Shown in pieces: positions 1-9,094 of a stretch of 64,000 nt of DNA. Position 1 is the first letter of the stretch; each line of letters begins with the position of its first letter. The DNA is from Nitrospirota bacterium (GTDB lineage Bacteria > Nitrospirota > UBA9217). Location: positions 576,001-640,000 of the forward strand of contig CAWJQQ010000009.1 in the NCBI GenBank assembly GCA_963845065.1, written 5' to 3'. The notes below the pieces were generated by a model, which was not told the origin of the DNA, made no database searches, and saw nothing but the letters and a program-made list of their open reading frames with translations. Position numbers and translations under genes: made by a program.

Positions 1-8
1 AAGCCGGA

Positions 9-512
9 ATGATCATGGACTTCGGGGGCATGAAGGGATACGCCGCGGACAGGGTGGCCGGAATATTCAAGAAGCGCGGCATAACTAACGCGGTCATCGC
101 AGTTGCAGGCGATATCTGGGTACTGGGGCGACGGGATGATGGTAAACCGTGGAGGATTGGTGTGCAGCATCCGCGGGAGCACGACAAGGTCATAGCCGTC
201 CTAAACCTGAGCAACAAGTATGTTTCCACGTCCGGAGATTATGAACGGTTTGTCATTAAAGGAAACAAGCGCTACCACCACATTATCGACCCGCGAACGG
301 GGAAGCCTTCGAAGGGAGTCATCTCCGCGACACTCGTGGGGGACAAAGGGGCGTTCATCGATCCTCTTACCAAGGTGCCCTTCATTATGGGACCTGACGA
401 AGGACTGAAGATCGTAAGTCAGGTAGGTGCCGAGGCCATTATCGTCGACGACCATGGCAAGATCTATACGACTGGTGGCATCAATAAGTTTCTGGACCCG
501 CAGGCCAAATAA
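9..512 (+). CDS. apbE: FAD:protein FMN transferase (ApbE family), C-terminal part; gene starts before the window
   Basis: DFGGMKGYAAD, GDI, W.IG.Q.P, STSGDYER and YHHIIDPRTG motifs. Confidence 0.9.
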   Translation: MIMDFGGMKGYAADRVAGIFKKRGITNAVIAVAGDIWVLGRRDDGKPWRIGVQHPREHDKVIAVLNLSNKYVSTSGDYERFVIKGNKRYHHIIDPRTGKPSKGVISATLVGDKGAFIDPLTKVPFIMGPDEGLKIVSQVGAEAIIVDDHGKIYTTGGINKFLDPQAK

Positions 513-591
513 TACTTTTCTTGTATTCACAACCCAACGATTCAACGTCAGCGGTTGAATGCTGATTGCTATCCCTATGAGGAGCGACAAC

Positions 592-1041
592 TTGAGAAGA
601 TATTCTCCAAAAAGGGTGATGTTCCTTTGTACAGGGAACTCCTGTCGGAGCCAGATGGCTGAGGGCCTAGCCCGAGAACTGGGAAAAAACTTGCTGGAAC
701 CCTACAGTGCAGGACTCCTGGCAGCCGGTGTACACCCACGTGCGATAGATGTGCTGAAAGAAATCGGTATCGATATATCGCAACAGAAGTCGAAGGTGAT
801 TGACGAAGCGCATATCATGACCATGGATATGGTGATTACACTCTGTTCCAGCGCCGAAGAGGCATGCCCCTTTACGCCTCCAGGGATTGAACGGCTCCAC
901 TGGCCGATCAAGGATCCCGTTGCAACCATCGGATCTGGGGCAGAGGTTATGAAGGATTTCAGACGTGCACGGGACGAAATCAGGATGAAAATCGAGGATT
1001 TAATAAAAAAAATAAAAACTGGAACGAGCCTGAAAACGTGA
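592..1041 (+). CDS. arsC: Thioredoxin-coupled arsenate reductase (LMW-PTP fold)
   Basis: CTGNSCRSQMAE P-loop, LCSSAEEACP cysteine pair, W.I.DP. TTG 592 follows GAGGAG; the ORF track starts at 559. Confidence 0.85.
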   Translation: MRRYSPKRVMFLCTGNSCRSQMAEGLARELGKNLLEPYSAGLLAAGVHPRAIDVLKEIGIDISQQKSKVIDEAHIMTMDMVITLCSSAEEACPFTPPGIERLHWPIKDPVATIGSGAEVMKDFRRARDEIRMKIEDLIKKIKTGTSLKT

Positions 1042-1105
1042 ACAGCGAAGCATGCAACATACCTTGATGAAAAAATAAAACACAGTTTCGTAATTAAAAA
1101 AAATG

Positions 1106-1134
1106 TTGATTAGGTTTGATGAGGCTGGTAAAAT
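1106..1134 (+). promoter_or_regulatory. Putative sigma70 promoter for the HesB-like gene
   Basis: TTGATT-17 bp-TAAAAT with an extended -10 TG. Confidence 0.45.
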
Positions 1135-1199
1135 ATAAATATGAGAATATTTAATACTCAGGGATAATTTCGGATTAGAATAACAGCAAGGAGGATGTA

Positions 1200-1505
1200 A
1201 TGGTTATTTTGACGGACAATGCGGTAAACAAGTTTAAAGATGTAGTTGCAAAGCAGGGGGTTGCAGGAGACGGTGTAAGGATATTCGTCGTTCCCGGTGG
1301 TTGAAGCCCCTCGTTGGCTATGGACATAGCCAAGGAGGCCCAGTTGGGCGATGCAATCATCGATTTGAAAGGTCTGAAAATTTTTCTGGAGGAGCGGGCA
1401 AACGGCATGCTCATGAATACGAGCATAGACTTCCAAGAGCATCAGGGCTTCGTACTTTCAGGTATGCAGCCTAGCTCATGCGGCTCTTCCTGCAGCAGCT
1501 GCTGA
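1200..1505 (+). CDS. HesB/IscA-like selenoprotein, 101 aa, Sec at codon 35 (TGA 1302-1304)
   Basis: AGGAGG then ATG 1200 gives MVILTDNAVNKFKDVV...GVRIFVVPGG-TGA-SPSLAMD, in frame with ORF 1314..1505. The TGA falls at the conserved GGC cysteine of A-type Fe-S carriers; Cys-rich C-terminus SCGSSCSSC. Confidence 0.85.
1309..1338 (+). promoter_or_regulatory. Bacterial SECIS-like hairpin
   Basis: CCTC-G-TTGGCTAT-[GGAC]-ATAGCCAA-G-GAGG; the G-leading apical loop starts 17 nt after the UGA. Confidence 0.75.
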
Positions 1506-1531
1506 TAGGGGTTCATCTCAAAGTTTCTAGT

Positions 1532-1566
1532 AACCGTTGTTTTCTTTTGAAGGCAACGGTTTTTTT
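1532..1566 (+). terminator. Intrinsic terminator
   Basis: AACCGTTG...CAACGGTT stem followed by a T run. Confidence 0.75.
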
Positions 1567-1688
1567 GCGTGACTGGCAACAGAGAATAGCTCATGATACC
1601 GATTAGAGGGTAAATTACGGATTTTCACATATTTACTATACTACTAAAGTACTATAAATGTAAATTCCCTTAAGTGATAGAATAACAC

Positions 1689-1716
1689 TTGTAACTGGCA
1701 AAAAAAACGGTATAAT
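1689..1716 (+). promoter_or_regulatory. Putative sigma70 promoter about 265 nt upstream of the RRM gene
   Basis: TTGTAA-16 bp-TATAAT. Confidence 0.45.
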
Positions 1717-1984
1717 AATTTTATACTATCAGCGGGGCAAGGCTTTCTCGTTTTGGAAGGGGAAGTCGTCTGCACCTTATCATCGATCACTGACTCCTCC
1801 TGCTCTCACATTTTCTCACTTAAAAAGCGACGGCATATCTGGTTGGCGAACGAAGGATGAGGTCTTGCGGACACCCACGCGAGTCCGTGCGCCTTATCGG
1901 AGTCGCGGTATGCCTCAGACAGATGTAACGAGCTAAATGGCATTTGACCGTTAGCCAGAACTTAATATAAATAGAGGAGGCAAC

Positions 1985-2314
1985 ATGGCAAAAAAACTTT
2001 ATGTAGGAAATTTATCGTATAACACACACGAGGAGGATTTGCGGGAAGCATTCTCGAAGATAGGTGAAGTGCGGTCCGCCACGCTGATCGTTGATCAGAC
2101 GAACGGCAGGTCAAAGGGATTCGGTTTCGTGGAGATGGCGGCTGACGAGGATGCGGACAAGGCGATCTCTTCCATGAACGGCACCTCATTCATGGACCGG
2201 ACGATCACAGTGAATGAGGCCCGGCCGAAGACGGAAGGTGGGCATTCAGGCTCCGGCGGTAGGGGTAATCGCGGCGGAGGAGGATACGGCGGCGGAGGAC
2301 GGTCTTGGAGATAA
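1985..2314 (+). CDS. RRM (RNP-1) RNA-binding protein with Gly-rich tail
   Basis: LYVGNL (RNP2), KGFGFVEM (RNP1), VNEARP, GGGGYGGGG tail; GAGGAGG RBS. Confidence 0.95.
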   Translation: MAKKLYVGNLSYNTHEEDLREAFSKIGEVRSATLIVDQTNGRSKGFGFVEMAADEDADKAISSMNGTSFMDRTITVNEARPKTEGGHSGSGGRGNRGGGGYGGGGRSWR

Positions 2315-2559
2315 GAGTCCAGTCTCGGGACATTGAAAAGGCCCTGCGGACCCTGAAAAAGAAACTCCAGCTTGATGGTGTATTCGGGGAGCTGAAGAAG
2401 CGGCGCTTTTATGAAAAGCCCTCAGTGAAAAAAAAGAGGAAGCAGGCGGAGGCGCAGAAGCGAAAGCGGAAGCTCCTAAAGCGTACGCGGCCAGTTGGTT
2501 CGGGGACAAGGCCAGGAAAGCCGTTGCAATCACCTGCTGCATTGAGCAAACAGGTCTGA
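2305..2559 (+). CDS. rpsU: 30S ribosomal protein bS21 with C-terminal extension
   Basis: IEKALRTLKKK...ELKKRRFYEKPS; TTG start overlaps the end of the RRM gene, which contains a GGAGGA SD. Confidence 0.9.
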   Translation: MEIRVQSRDIEKALRTLKKKLQLDGVFGELKKRRFYEKPSVKKKRKQAEAQKRKRKLLKRTRPVGSGTRPGKPLQSPAALSKQV

Positions 2560-2680
2560 AACTGAGGGAACACAACGGTAAAATGGAGCATACATAGTAG
2601 AGAAGAGCTGTCGGTGTTCGATCCGCGCTCACCAAGAAGTCGCGGCTTAGTTCGAATATTTCTTCCCCAGGAGGTATTTA

Positions 2681-2848
2681 GTGGGAAAACCGAATTTTAA
2701 TTTTCAAAAACGTCAGAAGGAACTTGCAAAACAAAAAAAGAACGAGGAAAAAAAGCAACGAAAACTTGACAAAAATGTGGTAAGGCGGCCTGGTGAGGAT
2801 CAGGGTCGGCCGGTGGAAAGTAGAGATGACAATACTGCCGGCGTCTGA
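2681..2848 (+). CDS. Small basic protein, 55 aa (MGKPNFNFQKRQKELAKQKKNEEKKQRKLDK...), below the ORF-track cutoff
   Basis: AGGAGGT RBS, GTG 2681, TGA 2846-2848; Lys/Arg/Glu-rich helical N-terminal half. Confidence 0.7.
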   Translation: MGKPNFNFQKRQKELAKQKKNEEKKQRKLDKNVVRRPGEDQGRPVESRDDNTAGV

Positions 2849-2892
2849 CACGTGAATAAGAAGTTACGCCAACGTAAAAGAGGTGATGGAGC

Positions 2893-2955
2893 ATGGCAGC
2901 TTCACGGCAAGGAGCGAAGAAAGAAGTAAAAAAACCTAAGAGCAAGAAGAACTAG
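2893..2955 (+). CDS. Putative 20-aa Lys-rich peptide MAASRQGAKKEVKKPKSKKN
   Basis: AAGAGGTG/GGAG SD-like sequence upstream, ATG 2893, TAG 2953-2955. Confidence 0.45.
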   Translation: MAASRQGAKKEVKKPKSKKN

Positions 2956-3087
2956 TCTCTTAATTAATAAATGCCGTTGCGTAACTAACACACGTACTCG
3001 GGTATGATTGTTCTGCGCATGATCTGACCCCCTAGAATGTTCCGTCCTTATTCATTCGGCGAATCAGCAGGCGTGGGCTTGCTACAA

Positions 3088-3406
3088 TCACATTTCTACG
3101 ATCTTGTCACCATTGAAGCGGAACAAGTGGAGGGCCGTCATACTTTATTTATAGTGTGTGAGTGCTTGGTCGCCATGTATGGAAGCACCTTCTTCGAAGC
3201 CCCAAACAATATTTGGTTGTGGGAGCATTCACTTTTTTACTGGTATGTTGCTCATTCTCGATTTCATTCTTTGTACTAGATGGATTCTTGGGATTGGCAA
3301 GCCAGTATTTCTCAAAGCCTGGATACATCACGCGACCGAATAAAAAGGTATCTGCCGATCTTTGTAGAACGAAAACATACTTCCACGTTCCTTCATACTC
3401 TTTCAT
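3088..3406 (-). pseudogene. Possible decayed SnoaL/NTF2-like gene
   Basis: ALHLFRFNGDKIVEM* in a shifted frame at about 3137-3088 resembles the SnoaL-type C-terminus; frameshifts and stops present. Confidence 0.25.
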
Positions 3407-3596
3407 TGCCTAATCCAAATCTCCGTTGGGTCCTCCAATAAAGCAATCAAGCGTTACTTGTCTGGCGAGAATTACTTGTCTCATTTTGCGATGTACTTCA
3501 ACATAGTGTTTGTGATCAGGCCGTGAACTACCTACTGATGCTAGTTGCTAATAAATAGAACTAAAGTAGTAATTGTTTGTAAAATCATTTTTATTG

Positions 3597-4130
3597 AGCC
3601 ACATAAAACACCAGACTCCCTTCTGGTGATGTAGTGGCTATCCAGACGAGCGAGCTTTTGATAAGATAGGGCATGCGATATCGTAAAAGTGCCTATGCCA
3701 TCTATAAGACGGAATATCATCTCGTCTGGATACCGAGATATCGGAGAAAATCTTTGTAAAAGGTGTCAAGGAATATGCGGGAAAGACGCTTGCGCATATC
3801 CCTGAACTTGATCCCGATATCGAGGTAATAAAACTCAGTGTTCAGGTTGACCATGTCCACATCGTGATCGTGATACCGCCGAGAATTGCAGTTGCCGAGG
3901 TCGTTCAGTTTATCAAGTCGCAATCGGCAAAAAAGCTAAAGGCGAAATTTCCTTTTCTGCGTAACGCGTATGCTAGCAAAGAAGACATCTAGTCACGAGG
4001 CTACTGTGTGTCGTGTATAGGCTTAAATGAAAAGGAAATTCTCGCCTATGTTGAGTATCAAGAAAAAGAAGACAAAGGGCAACTGCAATTGACGTTGTGA
4101 TTTAAGAAACCCCAGCTCCCGCTGGGGGAG
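3597..4130 (+). mobile_element. Defective IS200-type element (tnpA only); boundaries approximate
   Basis: Subterminal hairpins CACCAG..CTGGTG (about 3609-3628) and CCCCAG..CTGGGG (about 4110-4128) flank a tnpA relic. Confidence 0.7.
3673..4100 (+). pseudogene. tnpA: IS200/IS605 Y1 HUH transposase TnpA pseudogene
   Basis: YHLVWIPRYRRK, frameshift at about 3749, DHVH HUH motif, IPP, TAG at 3990-3992 in place of the W of WSRGY, YVEYQ. Confidence 0.9.
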
Positions 4131-4527
4131 AATCATTTCGTTAACAACCCTTTTTTCTTCTCTCTTGAAACCTGGAAACGCTGAAGAGACAAAATAAACA
4201 CTTTATTGTGGATAATTTATATCTACCATAAAAGCGGGGGGATGGAGGGGATACTAAGCTGGGATCAGCATATTAGTTCCCTAGGCTACACATTGCAAAT
4301 AATATATAGCAGGAGATCAAACTAAAATTTTATTGTCAAGAGGACTTATTCGCCCCAAAGCATGCTGTCCTGAATGCAAATGGACCCGAACGCAACCTCG
4401 GGTCTCGCTTCCCGTGAATCCCGGATCAAGCTGAGATAACGTGGATTTAACCGTATATATGAATTTTCGCAAGCAATATAAAGGGGACATTATTGCTCCT
4501 TTATTTCAAAAGAACGATGGAATAAGT

Positions 4528-4555
4528 TTGACAATACAGCCAATTATGATATAGT
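4528..4555 (+). promoter_or_regulatory. sigma70 promoter
   Basis: TTGACA-16 bp-TATAGT with extended -10 TG. Confidence 0.65.
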
Positions 4556-4600
4556 TTTGGTAAACAGACACGTATTCAAATTGGGAAAGGGGAATTTGAG

Positions 4601-5596
4601 ATGACAAAATCTGATTTAACAGCAATGACGGTGGCTGAACTCAAAGCCCTGGCCAAGAAGAAGAAAGTGTCCTTATCTCCAAATGGGAAGAAGGCCGATA
4701 TTGTCAAGGCTCTTCTGACGTCGGAAAAGATCAAGAAGCCCGCCGTAAAGAAAGCGATAGCAGTAACAAAACGAGCGGTCAAGAAAGTAGCAAGGGCTTC
4801 GAAGCGGGCGATTCAGACATCGGCGCGGATAAAGAAACATACGACGATCAAGGCGTCCGTAGTGGTAGAGCCAGTAGCAGCGACCCTACCACGCACTACT
4901 TCGGGCGAACCAGTAAAAGTTACCGTCCCGAAACAGGAATGGAAACTTCCCCCGCTTGCCGAAGAACCGCAGCTGGCGCAGGAAAGGGTGGCAGAATCCA
5001 AGTATTATACAGGGTCGGTCACGCGGGAGCTTATGCCAGCACATGGCGAGTTGCCGAAGGGCTACGGGGAAGACAAAATCGTACTCATGATGCGTGATCC
5101 TTTCGTAGCTTATGCTTACTGGGAAGCAACACCATCGCGTATTGAACGAGAGCGGGCATGGTTCGGCTGGGGCAGCAAACTCTGCCTCCGTATATATGAC
5201 GTGACTGGCGTGCAGTTTGACGGTCGGAACGCCATTGGGTATTTTGATCAAGAAATTTCAGACAGGACCGGAAACTGGTATTTTGACCTTGGCAGGCCAA
5301 GTCATTCGTTCTGCGCGGATCTAGGGTTGCTCGCTCCGGAAGGACGGTTCCTGACGCTGGCGCGGTCGAACTACATCACCATGCCGCTTGACACGGCGTC
5401 CGATGTTATTGATGAAGAGTGGATGCTTGTCGACGAGGAGTTTTGGAAGCTCTACGGCTATCCTGACGCCATGCCCGGTAGTTTGTCGTCTTCGCAGATG
5501 CAGGAAATGGTGCGGCGTCGACGACTGCTCGAGATCTCTTCGCCCGGTTTGTTTCCCCGCGAGCGGCAGAAGCGGAAACAGAAGCACAAGTCCTGA
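4601..5596 (+). CDS. DUF4912-domain protein with Rho-N-like N-terminus and Lys-rich linker
   Basis: ELPKGYGEDKIVLMMRDPFVAYAYWE, LRIYDVTG, ARSN motifs; usual neighbour of GH57 branching enzymes. Confidence 0.8.
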   Translation: MTKSDLTAMTVAELKALAKKKKVSLSPNGKKADIVKALLTSEKIKKPAVKKAIAVTKRAVKKVARASKRAIQTSARIKKHTTIKASVVVEPVAATLPRTTSGEPVKVTVPKQEWKLPPLAEEPQLAQERVAESKYYTGSVTRELMPAHGELPKGYGEDKIVLMMRDPFVAYAYWEATPSRIERERAWFGWGSKLCLRIYDVTGVQFDGRNAIGYFDQEISDRTGNWYFDLGRPSHSFCADLGLLAPEGRFLTLARSNYITMPLDTASDVIDEEWMLVDEEFWKLYGYPDAMPGSLSSSQMQEMVRRRRLLEISSPGLFPRERQKRKQKHKS

Positions 5597-5646
5597 TCCC
5601 TATGGACCTGCTGGGTGAAAAGGTTCCAATCCTGAAGCGAGCTTGC

Positions 5647-5680
5647 AAAGTCCATCCGAATATGGGTGGACTTTTCTTTT
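5647..5680 (+). terminator. Intrinsic terminator between the DUF4912 and GH57 genes
   Basis: AAAGTCCATCC-loop-GGGTGGACTTT then TCTTTT. Confidence 0.65.
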
Positions 5681-5990
5681 ACCTCTTATCGTCATGAGAG
5701 AGATTTTATCTCTGAGCAAAGGATAGTGAAGCAACGGCGCTCTAGGGATGCAAAGATAGCATATATTCTAAAGTTGCCACAGGTAAAAACCACGAGTTCA
5801 GCGCATCTAATTATCAATATTTTTTAATCGGAAATGACACTACTATCCACCTTTACATTTACTCACAGGTGAGGGGTAATGCCGCCGTAGGCCCTCCCTT
5901 GATGTGAGGGTTGGGGGGACGATGATTGGATGACTTTGATAAACAGGCTCTCTAGGGTTCCCGCGTGTTCATGTCATGGAAGGCGATTGC

Positions 5991-7634
5991 ATGGTAAAAA
6001 AGGAAGATAGTGTCGTTCGCAGGAGCAGTAAAAATAAGAACAAGAAAGACAGTACGGAAAAAGGCTATCTTGCGCTGGTTCTGCACTGTCATTTGCCCTA
6101 TGTGCGGCATCCCGAGCACGACCGGTTCCTTGAAGAGGACTGGCTCTATGAGGCGATCACGGAAACGTACATTCCACTCATCAACGTTTTCGAGGCGCTT
6201 ATCAATGACGGTGTCGATTTTCGACTTACCATGAGCCTGACCCCCACGCTCATTTCAATGCTGACCGATGCACTTCTCCAGCAGCGTTATCGCCGGCATA
6301 TCAGTCGGCTGATCGAACTTGCAGAGAAGGAAATCGTGCGCACGAAGAACGAACCGGAATTCAATTCCTTGGCACGCATGTACTTCGACCTGTTTCTTAA
6401 TGCACGATACGTGTTCGAAGAAAAATATGGACGAAACTTGGTGAATGCTTTTCGCAGGTTCCAGGACCTTGGAAAGATCGAGATCGTCACCTGTGGCGCC
6501 ACACACGGGTTTCTGCCGCTCATGAAGAACGAGAATGCAGTCCGCGCACAGATCCAAGTCGCAGTCGATCTTCATACAAAGCATCTCGGTAGGACGCCGA
6601 AAGGTATCTGGTTACCTGAGTGCGGTTATTACGAGGGGCTTGACGAGATCCTAGACGAAGCTGGTATCCGTTATTTCTTTACGGACTCCCACGGCGTTTT
6701 TCACGCGACTCCTCGACCAAAGTACGGTGTATATGCGCCGATTTTCTGTCGCTCTGGCGTTGCCGCCTTCGCTAGGGACGTCGAATCGTCCAAGCAGGTC
6801 TGGAGCTCCGTTGAAGGATATCCAGGCGATTATAATTATCGCGATTTCTATCGCGATATCGGCTTTGATCTGGACTTCGACTATGTGAAGCCCTACCTGC
6901 ATCCCGACGGGATTCGCGTGAACCTCGGCATAAAGTATTATAAGATCACTGGCAACACTAATTTCAAGGAACCGTACAACCGTCAATGGGCAATCGAGAA
7001 GGCAGCAGTGCACGCAGGAAATTTTCTGTTCAACCGTGTGAAGCAGATTGAATGGCTCTCCGGCGCATTTCAGGACCGGAAACCCATTATCGTCGCCCCC
7101 TATGATGCGGAGCTGTACGGTCACTGGTGGTTTGAAGGACCGGACTGGATCAACTATCTCATCCGCAAAACTGTCTATGACCAAAAAACGATACGCCTCA
7201 TTACACCACTTGAGTATCTGGAAGAGAACCCCAGGTGCCAAATTGCGACACCCTCCGCGTCCAGCTGGGGCTACAAAGGTTACTCCGAGGTCTGGCTAAA
7301 CGGTGCCAACGACTGGATATACCCTCACCTCCACCGGGCTGCGGATCGGATGATAGAGCTGGCGCAGGCTGTCCCAGAGGCCGACGGAGTGATGCGGCGG
7401 GCGCTGAACCAGGCTGCGCGGGAACTGCTCCTCGCGCAGAGCTCGGACTGGGCATTTATTATGAAGACTGGAAGCCACGTGGAATACGCCGAGCGGAGGA
7501 CAAAGGAACATTTGCTAAGGTTTATGAAGCTATTCGAAGATATCAAGGCGAATCATATTGACGAGACGTGGCTTAACGATTTAGAATACCAAGACAATAT
7601 ATTCCCCGATATAGACTATCGAGTGTATGCTTAG
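5991..7634 (+). CDS. GH57 1,4-alpha-glucan branching enzyme (DUF1957); alternative start 5976
   Basis: H.HLPYV, ETYIP, GIWLPEC, YDAELYGHWWFEG, ELLLAQSSDW. Confidence 0.92.
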   Translation: MVKKEDSVVRRSSKNKNKKDSTEKGYLALVLHCHLPYVRHPEHDRFLEEDWLYEAITETYIPLINVFEALINDGVDFRLTMSLTPTLISMLTDALLQQRYRRHISRLIELAEKEIVRTKNEPEFNSLARMYFDLFLNARYVFEEKYGRNLVNAFRRFQDLGKIEIVTCGATHGFLPLMKNENAVRAQIQVAVDLHTKHLGRTPKGIWLPECGYYEGLDEILDEAGIRYFFTDSHGVFHATPRPKYGVYAPIFCRSGVAAFARDVESSKQVWSSVEGYPGDYNYRDFYRDIGFDLDFDYVKPYLHPDGIRVNLGIKYYKITGNTNFKEPYNRQWAIEKAAVHAGNFLFNRVKQIEWLSGAFQDRKPIIVAPYDAELYGHWWFEGPDWINYLIRKTVYDQKTIRLITPLEYLEENPRCQIATPSASSWGYKGYSEVWLNGANDWIYPHLHRAADRMIELAQAVPEADGVMRRALNQAARELLLAQSSDWAFIMKTGSHVEYAERRTKEHLLRFMKLFEDIKANHIDETWLNDLEYQDNIFPDIDYRVYA

Positions 7635-8994
7635 ACCTTCCGTTTTAAAAAAGCTTAAAATAATCGTTGGCAATGATTACCTGTCCACTGTCCCTGAAGA
7701 TCTGATCGCATATTCCTACGACGCCACACAGCGTGAAGCATTGCCGTGGGCCGTCGCACGACCGGCATCAGCCAGCGAAATTTCTCAGGTGCTGGTGCTC
7801 GCGAACCAAGAGGGGTTTCCTGTTGTCCCCCGCGGGGCGGGGACAGGCATGTCCGGCGGGTCGGTGCCGACGCAGGGCGGTGTTGTCCTCTCACTTGAGC
7901 GCATGAAGCGCATTATCGAAATCGACGAGGAGAACATGGTTGCCGTGGTGGAACCGGGCGTCGTGACCGGAGATTTACAGCGTGAGGTAGAGTCACGGGG
8001 GCTCTTTTATCCCCCTGATCCGGCAAGCCATCAGTTCTGCACCATGGGTGGAAACGTCGCGGAGTGCGCTGGCGGGCTTCGCGCCGTAAAGTATGGCGTT
8101 ACAAAGGACTATGTGCTTAGTCTTGAGGTGGTTCTGCCTACGGGCGAGATCATCATGACGGGCGCGCGGACGGCCAAAAGCGTGGCGGGCTACGATCTTA
8201 CCAAGCTGATTGTCGGGTCTGAGGGCACGCTTGGCATCGTTACGAAAATAATCGTGAAGCTTCTGCCACTCCCTGAATGCGTGCGTACTCTGGCTGCATT
8301 TTTTTTAAGTGTTGACGATGCCGCTCGGGCCGCTTCGAAGATACTGGCGAGCAGAATACTGCCACGAGCGCTTGAATTCATCGATCATGCCGCACTCCGG
8401 GCTGTTGAGAATTACCTGAAAGAAGATCTGTCAGACGGCGCTATGGCTATGCTCATTGTGGAGGTAGATGGGCCGGAGGAAACGACTGCGCGCGAGAACA
8501 CCAAAATAGCCGATATCATGACCGCTTGCGGGGCAACACGGGTGAACAAGGCCGATTCCGCTTCTGAGAGAGAACAGCTTTGGAAAGCCAGACGCTCGAT
8601 ATCACCGGCGCTTTATACCATTAAACCGAGAAAGGTGAATGAAGATATCGTGGTACCGCGAAGCAAAATTCCTGATGTTCTGCGCGAAGTCAACGACATT
8701 GCGGAACGGTACGGAATTCTGATCGTGAATTTTGGCCATGCCGGAGACGGCAACATCCATACGAACATCATGATTGACGAGGCTGACATGCCGAAAGCCG
8801 AAGAAGCAGCGAAGGAAATTTTTGCCGCTACGCTTCGCATGGGCGGGAGTATTACCGGTGAGCACGGAGTAGGCATTTCCAAGGCTCCGTATCTACCGAT
8901 GGAGCTTAAGCCGAATGCGATTGCCGCAATGAAACGCATCAAACGGGCGCTTGATCCGAACAATATATTGAATCCCGGTAAAATGTTCATCTAG
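7627..8994 (+). CDS. FAD-linked oxidase, GlcD / D-2-hydroxyacid dehydrogenase family
   Basis: PRGAGTGMSGG, YPPDPAS, GSEGTLG, GHAGDGNIH, GEHGVG, NILNPGK. Confidence 0.88.
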   Translation: MLRPSVLKKLKIIVGNDYLSTVPEDLIAYSYDATQREALPWAVARPASASEISQVLVLANQEGFPVVPRGAGTGMSGGSVPTQGGVVLSLERMKRIIEIDEENMVAVVEPGVVTGDLQREVESRGLFYPPDPASHQFCTMGGNVAECAGGLRAVKYGVTKDYVLSLEVVLPTGEIIMTGARTAKSVAGYDLTKLIVGSEGTLGIVTKIIVKLLPLPECVRTLAAFFLSVDDAARAASKILASRILPRALEFIDHAALRAVENYLKEDLSDGAMAMLIVEVDGPEETTARENTKIADIMTACGATRVNKADSASEREQLWKARRSISPALYTIKPRKVNEDIVVPRSKIPDVLREVNDIAERYGILIVNFGHAGDGNIHTNIMIDEADMPKAEEAAKEIFAATLRMGGSITGEHGVGISKAPYLPMELKPNAIAAMKRIKRALDPNNILNPGKMFI

Positions 8995-9094
8995 AGCGAA
9001 TGACCGCGATGCGACTACGGAGACAGATTACCATGGTAAAAGAGATTTTAAGCGTGAGGCGAAAGATGCCGAACGATAAAAAAAGGTCTCGAAT

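Noticed and set aside
1503..1508. Terminal TGA-TAG of the HesB-like gene as a second selenocysteine
   Set aside because: No SECIS-like hairpin at the right spacing, only the terminator; a tandem stop is the simpler reading
2766..2771. Perfect TTGACA -35 box
   Set aside because: Lies inside the 55-aa ORF and has no matching -10
4330..4500. Hairpin GACCCGA...TCGGGTC region as 6S RNA or c-di-AMP riboswitch
   Set aside because: Conserved motifs of those families are not recognisable, and it lies upstream of the predicted promoter
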